A stretch of 64,000 bases of DNA from Spirochaetaceae bacterium (GCA_965224705.1 OZ245056.1:320001-384000); one strand, 5' to 3'. Positions 51,345-61,989 are shown, numbered from the stretch's first letter. Made by a program: numbers and translations. The notes: generated from the letters alone by a model not told the origin.

Positions 51345-52112
51345 TCATACAGGTAAAAAGGATAAAAACGAAGCTATTTGCCGATCCCAGAACTCCCAGG
51401 AGTGCATACCATCGGATTCTCTATAGGTTATGGGAATTTTTCGATGTTCGCAGGCTTTCCGGAATACTTGATTGTTTTGATATAAAAAATCCTGTTTTCC
51501 GCAGCTCTGATATAGTTTGGGCCAGCTTGATACTTCATAATCCTTCAGAAGACCGATAAGATCATTCTTCGTATTTATAAGCTTCTCACCCCGGGGATTT
51601 TCTCCAAAACAGTTAGTAAAAATAGTCCGGTGTGCCTCCTCGTCTCTTTTTATACTCTCATCTATCCATGAAGGTAAATCCAACACACCAGAAAAACTTC
51701 CTGCATAAGAAAACATTTCAGGATTATTGAGAGCTGTTTTAAAAGCACCGAAACCTCCCATCGATAAACCGGATATAAATCTATCTTTTTTCGTGTTTGC
51801 AACAGGAAAATAGGCTTCAGTGATTTCCATAAGTTCCTGGCTGATAAAATCGTAATAGTCGGAACCGAATTTCATATTTTGATAAAAACTCAGGTGGACT
51901 TCAGGCATTACAACGGCCAGGTGTTTATCCTGAAGGTAGCGTTCTATGGAGGTATAACGAATCCATGAACTGTGATCATCAGATCTTCCATGAAGTAAAT
52001 AAAGAACAGGAATTTTTTCTCTTCCCTGTCTGTAACCAGAGGGCATAAGTACTGTCATGCCGACAGAAAGCTGCAGAACCTCCGAGAAAAAACGTATTTC
52101 ATTGTACACCAT
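51345..52112 (-). CDS. Alpha/beta-hydrolase esterase (XynC/tributyrin esterase-like)
   Basis: PVLYLLHG.SD, GLSMGG, CG..DFL and H.WEFWD motifs. Confidence 0.88.
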   Translation of the reverse strand: MVYNEIRFFSEVLQLSVGMTVLMPSGYRQGREKIPVLYLLHGRSDDHSSWIRYTSIERYLQDKHLAVVMPEVHLSFYQNMKFGSDYYDFISQELMEITEAYFPVANTKKDRFISGLSMGGFGAFKTALNNPEMFSYAGSFSGVLDLPSWIDESIKRDEEAHRTIFTNCFGENPRGEKLINTKNDLIGLLKDYEVSSWPKLYQSCGKQDFLYQNNQVFRKACEHRKIPITYRESDGMHSWEFWDRQIASFLSFLPV

Positions 52113-52124
52113 ATAACATCCTTA

Positions 52125-52847
52125 TTAATTGTTTCGATAATGATTTGGAGTGCAGCCGACAATTTCCTTAAACTTTCGGCTGAAGTATTTATAGTCGTTA
52201 TAGCCGACTCTTTCAGCAATATCAACAATGGTATACTCTGTTTCAAGCAGCAGTTTCTGTGCGCTTTTTATACGAAGCTGATTCAAAAAAGATGTAAAAC
52301 TGCAGCCTGTTTTCTGCTTGAAGAGTGCACTGAAGTAATTCGGGGACAAACCGATTGCACCTGCCGTATGGTTTACAGATACTGGCTCGTGCATATGCTC
52401 ATATAAATACGAAAGCGCCTGCTTTATCTGATGATGACTGCTTTCGGGAATCACAAACTCCTGAGACAGCTCCTGCTGCTGTTTCAGGGCAATTCTACCT
52501 GCAACCTGCATAAGTTCATCGACATTGACCGGTTTCAGCAGATAATCAACGACATTTCTTTTAATTGCATGCTGTGCATAGGTAAAATCATGATACCCAC
52601 TTAAAACAATCATGCGTATAGAAGGCCTGTGTTCAAAGACATAGTCTATCAACTTCAAACCATCCATTATTGGCATTCTGATATCTGTCAGCAATATACT
52701 TATTGGCTTCTTCTCCAGAATCCTGACGGCCTCTCTTCCATTTTCAGCAGTATAGACCGCCTGTATACCGATTTTCTGCCATGCTATTGTTTCGGATAGA
52801 CCCTTAAGAGTCGTTGGTTCATCGTCAACGATGAGCAGGTTCGCCAT
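52125..52847 (-). CDS. AraC-family response regulator (YesN-like)
   Basis: LIVDDE, TDIRMP.MDG and DYLLKP motifs, with a C-terminal AraC HTH. Confidence 0.92.
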   Translation of the reverse strand: MANLLIVDDEPTTLKGLSETIAWQKIGIQAVYTAENGREAVRILEKKPISILLTDIRMPIMDGLKLIDYVFEHRPSIRMIVLSGYHDFTYAQHAIKRNVVDYLLKPVNVDELMQVAGRIALKQQQELSQEFVIPESSHHQIKQALSYLYEHMHEPVSVNHTAGAIGLSPNYFSALFKQKTGCSFTSFLNQLRIKSAQKLLLETEYTIVDIAERVGYNDYKYFSRKFKEIVGCTPNHYRNN

Positions 52848-54588
52848 GAGTTTCCCCATCATCAGCTTCAGGTATATCATCAATAACCGGCAGTATCAGA
52901 GTGAATTGTGTCCCTCTTCTTTGTCCATCATAATAAAGACCGCAACCATCTTCGAACTTGATGGTAACCCGCTCTTCAATATTTCGCAGTGCACCCTTCG
53001 TTAGTTTTTCGTAGTCTTCTATCCCCTTTCCATTATCCTCAATGACAATGTTCAGCAATCCCTGAACAATCTGCAGGGAAACAGTTATATGCAGATGATC
53101 GGATGTGTCAGTCAGACCATGCTTAATGCTGTTTTCTATTAATGGCTGAATAAGCTGTTTCATGATTAACAACGATCCGAGATCTTCATCATATGAAATA
53201 TCAAGATTAATGCGATTGTGTAGACGCTTTTTGATCAGATTCACATAACTTTCCAGATATTCCTTTTCCTTATCGACAGTAATCCAGATGCTGGAGTTAT
53301 CAACGCAGATGCGGAATATTCTTGAAAGCTGCTCTATCATATCGCCTGTGCTATACGCTCCCTCCAGACGTGCATTCCATCTAATCATATCCAGTGTATT
53401 ATATAAGAAATGCGGATCCATCTGACTTTGCAGAGCTTTTAGTTCAGATTCTCTCTGAGATAGTTTCAATTTCCATTCTATATCAATATGATCTTGAATG
53501 CGCTGCATCATCTGAGAGAAGTCCCTCTGCAGTTGACCAATCTCATCAGTCGATTCTTCTCTCCTACTGATAACAAGATTCTTTTCGGTGACCGATGTCA
53601 TATCATGGCTTAATCTTATAATGCGTTTGATTATGGAAACATATAACAAAATCAGTAAGATAAACCCGAATAGTGCAACGATTCCCGTATCAATGAAAAA
53701 AATCGTTTTCAGTGAATTCATTTCAGAAAACAGAAGTCCCTGGTCTATTTCGGCTAGTAGAAACAAATCATCAAAATCAAGTTTCCGGATCTGGATTATG
53801 GTTGAGTTCTGTTCTATTCCTATATTGGAATTGGTTTCTGTTGACTTTAATGCGGCATTCAATCGAGGCTGCTGTATAAAAGTCCCCATAGCTTCCGGGT
53901 CCCGAGCAAGTAGAATTCTGCCATCTTCCTTAACCAGACGAACGGTTAAAAAATGAGGATAGATGTTTCGATCTATAAAATCAAAGAATGATTCAACTTT
54001 TATCTGTATAATCATGGATCCTATAGTATTATACATATCCTTGCGATTGGGTATCATGCGCTCAATATTGAATACAAAATCCTCTCGTCCAATCCCTCCT
54101 TTTCCCTTATAGCCCTCGCTCCAGTGAATATCTGTGTCATCGCCTGTAATCTGGTAGATAATACCGTTGCTGTTTTTGTAGACTTCACCCTCTGAAATCA
54201 GTATTTTATTGTTTTTTAGAATCATTATCGACTCTATAATATCATTGGTAATTAAATCATAAATCAGATATTCACTAATCTGTCTTGTATTGTAAAGCAT
54301 ATCGTTATTGTTATTCTCCGATTTTATATAATCCTGTACCATATCGCTGAAGATAAAAAAACGTGAAATACGGTCTGCAGTATCGGAGAGTTCAATGATT
54401 CGTTGTTGAATTTCCTGAGTTATGCTGTTGCATATTTTCCTCATTTCATTTGTATAAATCCTGTCCATTTTGTTTATAGTAATAAAGATCATAATGGTAA
54501 AAGGTATAAAGAACACAAAAAGGAACACGACAAGATATTTTGTGGACAATCGATTGATTACCAAGATACCTCCTGAGTTTTGCATCAA
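52825..54588 (-). CDS. Sensor histidine kinase (YesM/LytS-like)
   Basis: Two TM segments, a HAMP domain (DEIG.L...F..M), LQSQ..PHFLYNTL, QPLIENSIKHG and DNG.G. Confidence 0.92.
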   Translation of the reverse strand: MMQNSGGILVINRLSTKYLVVFLFVFFIPFTIMIFITINKMDRIYTNEMRKICNSITQEIQQRIIELSDTADRISRFFIFSDMVQDYIKSENNNNDMLYNTRQISEYLIYDLITNDIIESIMILKNNKILISEGEVYKNSNGIIYQITGDDTDIHWSEGYKGKGGIGREDFVFNIERMIPNRKDMYNTIGSMIIQIKVESFFDFIDRNIYPHFLTVRLVKEDGRILLARDPEAMGTFIQQPRLNAALKSTETNSNIGIEQNSTIIQIRKLDFDDLFLLAEIDQGLLFSEMNSLKTIFFIDTGIVALFGFILLILLYVSIIKRIIRLSHDMTSVTEKNLVISRREESTDEIGQLQRDFSQMMQRIQDHIDIEWKLKLSQRESELKALQSQMDPHFLYNTLDMIRWNARLEGAYSTGDMIEQLSRIFRICVDNSSIWITVDKEKEYLESYVNLIKKRLHNRINLDISYDEDLGSLLIMKQLIQPLIENSIKHGLTDTSDHLHITVSLQIVQGLLNIVIEDNGKGIEDYEKLTKGALRNIEERVTIKFEDGCGLYYDGQRRGTQFTLILPVIDDIPEADDGETHGEPAHR

Positions 54589-54741
54589 TATACTTCAATA
54601 CAATCTACAGATCCATGCAATAATAACGGATTGTGAGAATAGTGGATAAATTCATAGATATGTTTGTATTATTTCAAAATTTCTGTATGTAGTATTGTTT
54701 ATGGTGAAAGACCAAATATGTTCAAGTAAAGGAGACTCGTT

Positions 54742-55986
54742 ATGAAATCAAAGATTATTGCTGTTCTGTCAGTTCTGCTTCTTACTGCTGCTGCACAGAA
54801 TACATTGGCAGGTGGAAGGCAGGAGGCCGAAGAAACAGGAGCACAGAAAGAAGTTACAATTGAGTTCTTTCAGGGTAAACCGGAAGCCGTTGATACTTTC
54901 AATGTACTGATTGATAAATTCGAACAGGAGTATCCCGGCATTCATGTCACACAGGTCCATGTCCCGGATGCTGCGAAGGTTCTGACAACAAGGATTTCAA
55001 TCAATGATATTCCTGATATCTTCAACTGCTATGTAACACAGCCAAGTTTTAAGCTGCTCACAGAAGAAGGATACGTATTGGATATTACCGAGGAGGGTTT
55101 TCTGAGTCGAGTTAATTCCGGGATTCTTGAGACTGCCAAATACTCCGGGAGAGCCTTTGCCTTCCCTCTCGCGCTGAATACCTTTGGAATCTACTACAAT
55201 GTTGACATCTTTAATGAATATGGATTGACAGTACCTGAATCATGGAATGAACTCATTGCTCTCTGTGAAGAACTGAAGAATTCGGGCATGACTCCCATTG
55301 TGTTTACAGACAAGGATTCCTGGACTCTTGGCCACCAGGGACGTGTCCTGGAAGGCATGTTGGTGGATGACTTTGATGCCTATTACGGCTCGCTTGCCAG
55401 CGGAGCGGTAAAACCGTCAGAAGCTCTCTATCCCATTGTCGCAGATAAAATGCTGAAAATGCGTGAATACAGTCAGAAACAGACTCTGGCCACAGACTAT
55501 GGGCAGGGAATCGCCGCATTTGCTCAGGGAGAGGCAGCAATGTTTGTTAATGGGATCTGGTCTATTCCCTCGATCAAAAAAGCAAATCCTGATCTTAACT
55601 TTGAGGTGTTTCCAATTCCCGCCGACGATCCCGCAAAACAGCGTGTTTTAACCGGTATAGACGTAGCTCTTGCGGTTTCTGCATCAAGTGAGCATCAGGA
55701 TGCTGCTTTAAAATTCCTTGATTTTCTTTCCCGGAAAGAAAATGCTCAGATTTATGCGGATCTTGATGGTTCACCGTCTGCGATAAATGGAATTGCTATA
55801 GATGCGGAAAACTATTCTCAACTCATGGAACTTATTGACACAGGAGCCGTTTATGGATGGACCAGCATCTATTATCCCCTATCGGTATACAACGAATATG
55901 GGAGTCTCTATCAAAATCTCATTGCTAGAGATAAAGAAAGTTTTCTCGATGAGATAGATATGCTCTACAAGCAGACTTTAGAATAG
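54742..55986 (+). CDS. Sugar ABC transporter substrate-binding protein (MsmE-like)
   Basis: Signal peptide with AGGRQE. IEFFQ.K.E, GIYYN...F and FAQGEAAM..NG.W motifs. Confidence 0.88.
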   Translation: MKSKIIAVLSVLLLTAAAQNTLAGGRQEAEETGAQKEVTIEFFQGKPEAVDTFNVLIDKFEQEYPGIHVTQVHVPDAAKVLTTRISINDIPDIFNCYVTQPSFKLLTEEGYVLDITEEGFLSRVNSGILETAKYSGRAFAFPLALNTFGIYYNVDIFNEYGLTVPESWNELIALCEELKNSGMTPIVFTDKDSWTLGHQGRVLEGMLVDDFDAYYGSLASGAVKPSEALYPIVADKMLKMREYSQKQTLATDYGQGIAAFAQGEAAMFVNGIWSIPSIKKANPDLNFEVFPIPADDPAKQRVLTGIDVALAVSASSEHQDAALKFLDFLSRKENAQIYADLDGSPSAINGIAIDAENYSQLMELIDTGAVYGWTSIYYPLSVYNEYGSLYQNLIARDKESFLDEIDMLYKQTLE

Positions 55987-56077
55987 GGGCTTCCCAGTAG
56001 TTCTGTTTGATAAACTCGGCAGTACATTTCTGCCGAGCTTGAAATCACTTCTATTTTTGCAGAAAGGGCCACTACCG

Positions 56078-56947
56078 ATGAGAAGAAAAACGCCCAGGAT
56101 ATATGCATTCTTTGTAATGCCTGCGGTGATCGGCTACACTGTTTTCTGGATTCTGCCGGTCTTCAACGGATTTCTATACAGCCTGACCGATTGGAACGGT
56201 ATAGGACGTTCATACCAGATAATCGGAATTGATAATTATATCGAATTATTCTCGGATTCCAGACTTGTCAGTTCTCTTGGTTTTACCATTCACTACACTC
56301 TGTGTCTTGTCCTCTTTGTCAACATAATAGCATTGTGTATTGCCATGATGCTGACCAGAAATATAAGAGGAATGAAGTTTTTCCGAGCCCTGTATTTTTT
56401 TCCGGCAGTACTTTCGATGGTAACCGTCGGACTGATTTTCAACCAGATTTTTTATCATGTAATACCCTGGATCGGCAATGCATTTCATATTACAGCCTTG
56501 CAAAATAATCTGCTTGCAGATGGAAACACCGCGGAATACGGGATTCTTCTTGTCAATATCTGGCAGGGTATTGCCATTCCCATTGTTCTCTACACTGCAG
56601 GAATTCAGAATGTCCCACTTGAGCTCTATGAGGTTTCTTTTATTGAAGGTGCTAATGCATTCCAGAGATTTAAAACCATAACCTTTCCGTTCATCATACC
56701 GGTAATCAGTATGAATCTGGTAATAACCTTGAAAAGCGGATTGATGGTTTTCGACTATATTGCAGCATTAACAGGCGGTGGACCAGGCAGGGCAACCGAG
56801 TCTATAGCCTATCTAATCTATTCGGGAGCCTTCAAAGAAATGAAATTCAGTTATGCCGTAACGGAATCGTTTGTCATCTTTTTATTGATTACCGCAATAT
56901 CCCTGATTCAAATAAAAGTTCTTGGAAAAAAGGAAGCTCATGTATGA
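56078..56947 (+). CDS. Sugar ABC transporter permease (MsmF-like)
   Basis: YSLTDWNG, EAA loop and TGGGPG.ATES motifs. Confidence 0.9.
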   Translation: MRRKTPRIYAFFVMPAVIGYTVFWILPVFNGFLYSLTDWNGIGRSYQIIGIDNYIELFSDSRLVSSLGFTIHYTLCLVLFVNIIALCIAMMLTRNIRGMKFFRALYFFPAVLSMVTVGLIFNQIFYHVIPWIGNAFHITALQNNLLADGNTAEYGILLVNIWQGIAIPIVLYTAGIQNVPLELYEVSFIEGANAFQRFKTITFPFIIPVISMNLVITLKSGLMVFDYIAALTGGGPGRATESIAYLIYSGAFKEMKFSYAVTESFVIFLLITAISLIQIKVLGKKEAHV

Positions 56948-57780
56948 TCACTTCTAACAAAATATATACAGCAAGCACATATGTCATACTGGGAATCGGA
57001 TCGCTTATTATCCTGCTGCCTATGTATGTTCTTATTGTAACCTCCATGAAAACTCAGGCAGAATCGGCAAAGAGTTTCTTTACTCTGCCCGGTTCAATAA
57101 ATCTTGAGAATTTCATCTATGTTATAAAAACAGATTATTTCTTTAGAAACTTCTACAATTCAGTCATTATAACGACAGGGACTGTCATTGGGATTCTTAT
57201 AGTCGATCCGCTTGTCGCATATGCAATCGGAAAGAACATGAACACGCACAGAGGGTATAGATTTCTCTACTTCTATTTTACCATAGGGTTATTTATTCCT
57301 TTTCAGGTCGTTATGATTCCTCTGATTAAACTGATGAGCAAATTCAACATGATGTCTATCGGCGGCATTATTGTGCTCTATATTACATTTTCCCTCATGC
57401 AGGGAGTTTTTTTGATTGTTGGTTATTATAAATCAATTCCCCAAACACTTGAAGAGGCTGCAATTATAGATGGAGCATCCATATTTCAGACATACAGTCA
57501 TATTGTTTTTCCTCTGCTAAAACCTATGGTTATCACTGTAATCATTATCAGAGGATTATTCAGCTGGAATGATTTCTTTCTGCCATTGTTGATGCTGAAT
57601 AATAGTCGGGAGAAATGGACGCTCCCCCTGTTTCAGTATAACTTCAAAGGAGAGTATCTATTTGATTACTCAATTGCTTTTGCATCCTTTCTACTGGCAC
57701 TTCTGCCTATCATGATGCTGTATTTGATCCTTCAGAAACAGTTCATCAGTGGTTTGACAAGTGGTGCGGTTAAAGAATGA
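56944..57780 (+). CDS. Sugar ABC transporter permease (MsmG-like)
   Basis: EEAAIIDGAS, WNDF.LPL and C-terminal GLTSGAVK motifs. Confidence 0.9.
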   Translation: MITSNKIYTASTYVILGIGSLIILLPMYVLIVTSMKTQAESAKSFFTLPGSINLENFIYVIKTDYFFRNFYNSVIITTGTVIGILIVDPLVAYAIGKNMNTHRGYRFLYFYFTIGLFIPFQVVMIPLIKLMSKFNMMSIGGIIVLYITFSLMQGVFLIVGYYKSIPQTLEEAAIIDGASIFQTYSHIVFPLLKPMVITVIIIRGLFSWNDFFLPLLMLNNSREKWTLPLFQYNFKGEYLFDYSIAFASFLLALLPIMMLYLILQKQFISGLTSGAVKE

Positions 57781-57796
57781 CAAATCCTGTTAAATA

Positions 57797-58439
57797 GGGC
57801 TTGCTGAAAAAGTCTTTCAAGCAGCCTTCTCGCTGATTTTGTATCTGTTGTTGATTTCATGGATTTTCTCATCACAGATTTTGTCAGGGTTCAGCACAAT
57901 GACTGAAAGATGTATTTCACACTCCCTTGTTTCTTTCAATTTGGCTTTTATCAATCTCATTCCATACTTTCGTTTTGCCGCCCCGAATTGCCCTCAATGG
58001 CGATCCGGGTGACTTCATCCTGATAGCGAACACTGACTTCTTTCTTGAGTTCCTGTTGATTCTCATCTGCTCATTTTTTCGGATGGCTCAGCGGTTTTCG
58101 TAGTGTCAGAAGGCTTTCCGGTAATCCAGATGTCCACACGATTCTGGCAGCCTTATCAGCATGAACGGAAGCCGGATAACAGTCATAACGGTGTCTGTAT
58201 TTTTTTATCTGAGCATTCAAATCTGCTGACTCATAGTACGCATCCCAGCCGAGGCGATTGATGTAACTGAAGTCGCCTCTCAGGCTCCGTGATACCCTGG
58301 ATTTGTGTTTCCCATGCGATACATGATTCCTCCCTGGTGCAAGGGTTTTTGAGATTGCAATTTTTTCCTTGCACCTGAGGAGATTTAAACACACTTAAGT
58401 CTTTCGGAAGCAGAATCTTAGTTTTTGTTCAGCAAGTCC
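57797..58439 (-). mobile_element. Internally deleted IS5-family element (transposase pseudogene with both ends)
   Basis: Ends GGGCTTGCTGAA / TTCAGCAAGTCC flanked by TA. Transposase fragments GDFSYINRLGWDAY.ES.DL..QI..Y..RY..YP.SVHADK and R.AIEG/FG.AKRKYGM..IKAKL, with a frameshift. Confidence 0.8.
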
Positions 58440-58495
58440 TACTTAAGGTCTTAAAACGGAGTGTATCCTTTGTTATAAGGATTTGAATCAGGAAG

Positions 58496-59776
58496 CTAAC
58501 TCCACCTGGACAAATCAACTGCCTTTTCGCTTTTAGCGACCAGCAAAGTTCCTGTCAAATCTCCGCTTACATTCACCATGGTCCTTCCCATATCAAGCAG
58601 GGCATCAATACCGAGTATCATCGCATAGGCGGCTGCCACAGGTGTTCCCGCTTCAACCGGAAGGCCCACTGAATTAAGGACCATCAGGAGCATAATAGCC
58701 CCCGCTCCGGGGACACCGGCTGTTCCCACTGAGGCAAGAACGGCTGTTATAATTACCGTAAGCTGTTGACTTATAGACAGCGGCATACCAATGGCCATGC
58801 CGATAAAGATGACACAGACTCCCTGATAGATGGCTGTACCATCCATGTTTATTGTTGCACCAAGGGGAAGGGTAAAGGACGAGAGCCTTCTGTCAACACC
58901 CATGTTATCCGAAGCCTGAATTGTAACAGGTAACGTACCACTGGAACTCCGTGTCACAAAGGCGGTTATCAATGTGGTTCTGGCCTTGCCGAAGAATCGG
59001 ATGGGCGCAATTTTTCCGATTAAAAGTAAGCCTCCATAAACAAGTAGAATATGGAGAATGTACCCCAGATAGGCTGTTGCCGTTACCACACCCAGAGCAC
59101 CGATTACTTTAGATCCCTGGTTTGCAAAGACAACAGCGATAAGAGCAAATACGCCTATGGGTGCATATTCCAGTATCCACCTTACAACCAGGTACATAAC
59201 CTCTGCCGTGCCCTCAAATACCTCAAAGAGCGTTGTCCCTATTTGTTTTAACCGCTGATTCTCACTGATTTTTAAATGAGAAATTCCTATACCGAAAATT
59301 ATAGCAAAAAAGATTATAGGCAATACGGCACCCCGGGCTATAGCACCAAAGGGGTTCGTAGGAATGATATTGATCAGGGTGTCTCCCAATTTCGGTTTAG
59401 TCAGCACCTTGCCGGCGGCTTCAGCGGAACTGCCCAAATCCAAACCTGCGCCAACGTTCAATAAATTACCGAGTATCAATCCGACTGCCACCGCAAAGGC
59501 GGATGTTAACAGGTAAAATATAAGAATCTTAACACCGACTTTGCCAAGTACTGAAGGATTAATACTTGCAGCACCAACGACCAGAGATGAAAATACCACC
59601 GGCATTACAATCATTTTTAACAGATTGACAAAAATTTTACCTACAGGATTTAGCCACGATATTGAAGGGCCAACAATTAGGCCGACAATAGCACCAAGGA
59701 CTAAACCGATGAAAATTCGCAACAATAGACTTGTATTGAAATACCAGCTGAAAATCCCCTTTTTGTTCTCTGACAT
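58496..59776 (-). CDS. Dicarboxylate/amino acid:cation symporter (DAACS, GltP/GltT-like)
   Basis: [31 protein letters not shown] and D..RT..NV.GD motifs. Start at MSENKK after an AAGGAG RBS. Confidence 0.92.
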   Translation of the reverse strand: MSENKKGIFSWYFNTSLLLRIFIGLVLGAIVGLIVGPSISWLNPVGKIFVNLLKMIVMPVVFSSLVVGAASINPSVLGKVGVKILIFYLLTSAFAVAVGLILGNLLNVGAGLDLGSSAEAAGKVLTKPKLGDTLINIIPTNPFGAIARGAVLPIIFFAIIFGIGISHLKISENQRLKQIGTTLFEVFEGTAEVMYLVVRWILEYAPIGVFALIAVVFANQGSKVIGALGVVTATAYLGYILHILLVYGGLLLIGKIAPIRFFGKARTTLITAFVTRSSSGTLPVTIQASDNMGVDRRLSSFTLPLGATINMDGTAIYQGVCVIFIGMAIGMPLSISQQLTVIITAVLASVGTAGVPGAGAIMLLMVLNSVGLPVEAGTPVAAAYAMILGIDALLDMGRTMVNVSGDLTGTLLVAKSEKAVDLSRWS

Positions 59777-60146
59777 GATATGTCTCCTTACGTACAGAAT
59801 ATGAGGTACTATACAATATCCTATTCTATGGTTGCAACTATGCTTCACCAGAATTCTGGTAAATTCTCCTGACTCCTTCAAAAACATGGACATAGTTTTT
59901 GCAATGCCCAGAGATGCATATGGTACAGATATCGGGCAGAAGATCATTTATTTCAAAAAGAGATTGGAAAGGAAAATTGTCACCCTGGAGAGTAATCAAT
60001 GAACAAATCTGTTCTGGTGAAAAAAAATGGTTCTAAGTTTCCTGCTTGCTTCTTCCGAGCCGCCTTCGTTCGTTTTTGCCGCCATCCGTGGCGGCTTTTC
60101 CTCGCTATCGCTCGGCACTCTCTTAGAATGCGAGTCCATAGACTTG

Positions 60147-60307
60147 GAGTCTGTCGGACTTACGCCTCACGGCTCGATTTTTGCCCTTTTCCCCTGCTGC
60201 TGCGTTGCCAAAATACTCACGTAGCCCAGCTACGCTCCGTTTTTGTCGCCTTGCATCAGGAAAAAATCATCAAAAATCGCCTCGAAGTCTTAAAGTCCGA
60301 CAGACTC
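60147..60307. mobile_element. 161-bp MITE, copy 3 (opposite orientation)
   Basis: Same terminal inverted repeats. Perfect 4-bp duplication CTTG at 60143-60146 and 60308-60311. Confidence 0.93.
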
Positions 60308-60317
60308 CTTGCATACC

Positions 60318-60439
60318 CGCTGCTGTGTTGCCGAATACTCACGCAGTCCAGCTACGCTCTGATTCTGCCTGCCTGTCGGCAGACAGGTCGCCTTGTATCA
60401 GGAAGAAATCACCTTGAAGTCTTAAAGTCCGACAGGCTC
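60318..60439. repeat. Degenerate partial relative of the MITE carrying a palindromic insert
   Basis: Diverged GCTGCTGTGTTGCCGAATACTCACG...AAAGTCCGACAGGCTC, containing CCTGCCTGTCGGCAGACAGG (~60368-60387). Confidence 0.7.
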
Positions 60440-60649
60440 CCAGGGGCTTAAGACCCTGGGACAACCCTTCGGGATAGAATTGCAGCAGATGTCTGGCATT
60501 CGATCTTGAAATAAGTCAGGCTATCTCGTAATATATGGAACATGAGAAGTGTATGCATAGAGACTTCCACACCGTATACGAGATACGACAGGAGCTGGAA
60601 ATGACCGCCAGACGACATTGGTGGGAATAGCATATCAATAGAGGGAACT

Positions 60650-61330
60650 GTGAACGAACGATACTATATTGATCTGCAGAAATACGATCTACAAAAATTT
60701 AAACAGAGCCTTAAACGAAGAGATTTGATTCCAAGCCGAGTTATTCTTAAGGAAAATCTTGATAAGAGGTTTGAAGTAATGAGTAAACAAGGTATTAAAA
60801 CGCTTAAAGATTTGATTGACGTTCTGAAAAACAAACAAAAGATTGAAATCTTCTCCAAGAAATCAGAATTGCCTGTTGATTATCTAACAATTCTCAAACG
60901 CGAAGCAAGTAGTTACCTCCCGAATCCGGTGAAATTGGATAAGTTTACATGGATTGATAAAAATGCAATCGACATCCTTGATTCGATCGGGATTAAAAAT
61001 ACCAGGAATTTTTTCGAAAAAATAAATAATTCAAGTGTGGAAAAGGTTTCACTGGAAACTGGAATTTCATCAGACAAATTGCAGGAAATCTATTCTTTAT
61101 CAGACCTCGCAAGACTGTATGGTGTGGGACCTGTTTTCGCAAAGATCATTTATGATGTCGGAATAGTATCAGCGGAAAAATTTGTGACTATTTCCGGTAA
61201 GGAGTTTATTGAGATTTATGAGAAAAAATTGAACAAAAAGGCCGATTTCAGTGTTAGTGACATAGATTTTAGTATTGAACTGGCAAGAGAATTAAGACTT
61301 CCTGCCCCCCATGCCGCCATGAATCCATAA
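60650..61330 (+). CDS. DUF4332-like helix-hairpin-helix protein
   Basis: L.SIGIKNT and SDL.RL.GVGP.FA...YD.GI.S motifs. Confidence 0.7.
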   Translation: MNERYYIDLQKYDLQKFKQSLKRRDLIPSRVILKENLDKRFEVMSKQGIKTLKDLIDVLKNKQKIEIFSKKSELPVDYLTILKREASSYLPNPVKLDKFTWIDKNAIDILDSIGIKNTRNFFEKINNSSVEKVSLETGISSDKLQEIYSLSDLARLYGVGPVFAKIIYDVGIVSAEKFVTISGKEFIEIYEKKLNKKADFSVSDIDFSIELARELRLPAPHAAMNP

Positions 61331-61925
61331 GCCCGACTAGAAATCACCCTTACTAAAACTTCCCATCCCCCCACTTGCGTTCATCGGCAGAAATCTCTGG
61401 AGTGAACAAAACCGCGGTATGCCTGAAGGCCGCTCGCTGCAATCCTATTACAGGACAACGGATGTTTTTGTATGCATGCGAAGAGAAGCTGGAGAAACAT
61501 CTGGAGAGCCGAGAAAATGAACTGTTTGTGTTGAACGACAGTATCGTTTTTACGATCTCATCAATACCGATTTTAGGGAAAAATGTTCGAGAAATCCCGG
61601 TACTGCTATGGCCGCTCAAAGGAAAAACGCCATGACTGTAAAGCGGCCAAGGCGAGTGAAAAAGTATCCTTATCATTCAGTGGTGGTTTATCATGCATGC
61701 TATTGAATGTGAACTGAACTGAGTGTCGGAAAGCTTGTTGTAACCTGGCTTCATTAGAATCCCGCCAGACGTAGATCCTTGGAGTCTGGTGTAGTCGTTT
61801 GATGCTAATTGATGGTTGTAATTCGGCGAAGCACTCGTTAAAACGACGAGAAGCCTTGTCGGCAAATAACATCGTAATTACTTATTATATAAGATATTAA
61901 TTCTCTAGCGAAAGCAATCGATTTG

Positions 61926-61950
61926 TTTAACAAGCTTCCTGACACTACAT
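61926..61950 (+). repeat. 25-bp direct repeat of 51195-51219 (dispersed motif copy)
   Basis: TTTAACAAGCTTCCTGACACTACAT, 24/25 identical. Confidence 0.8.
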
Positions 61951-61989
61951 AAGATGAAACGGGGACAGCCGTAGTTTGTCGAATCTGGG

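Noticed and set aside
59999..60451. ORFs with near-identical peptides at 34406-34609, 48632-48967 and 59999-60451
   Set aside because: They are translations of the MITE sequence, not a protein family.
61353..61872. Short ORFs between the DUF4332-like gene and the kinase
   Set aside because: They overlap on both strands with no RBS or recognisable motif. Possibly decayed gene fragments.
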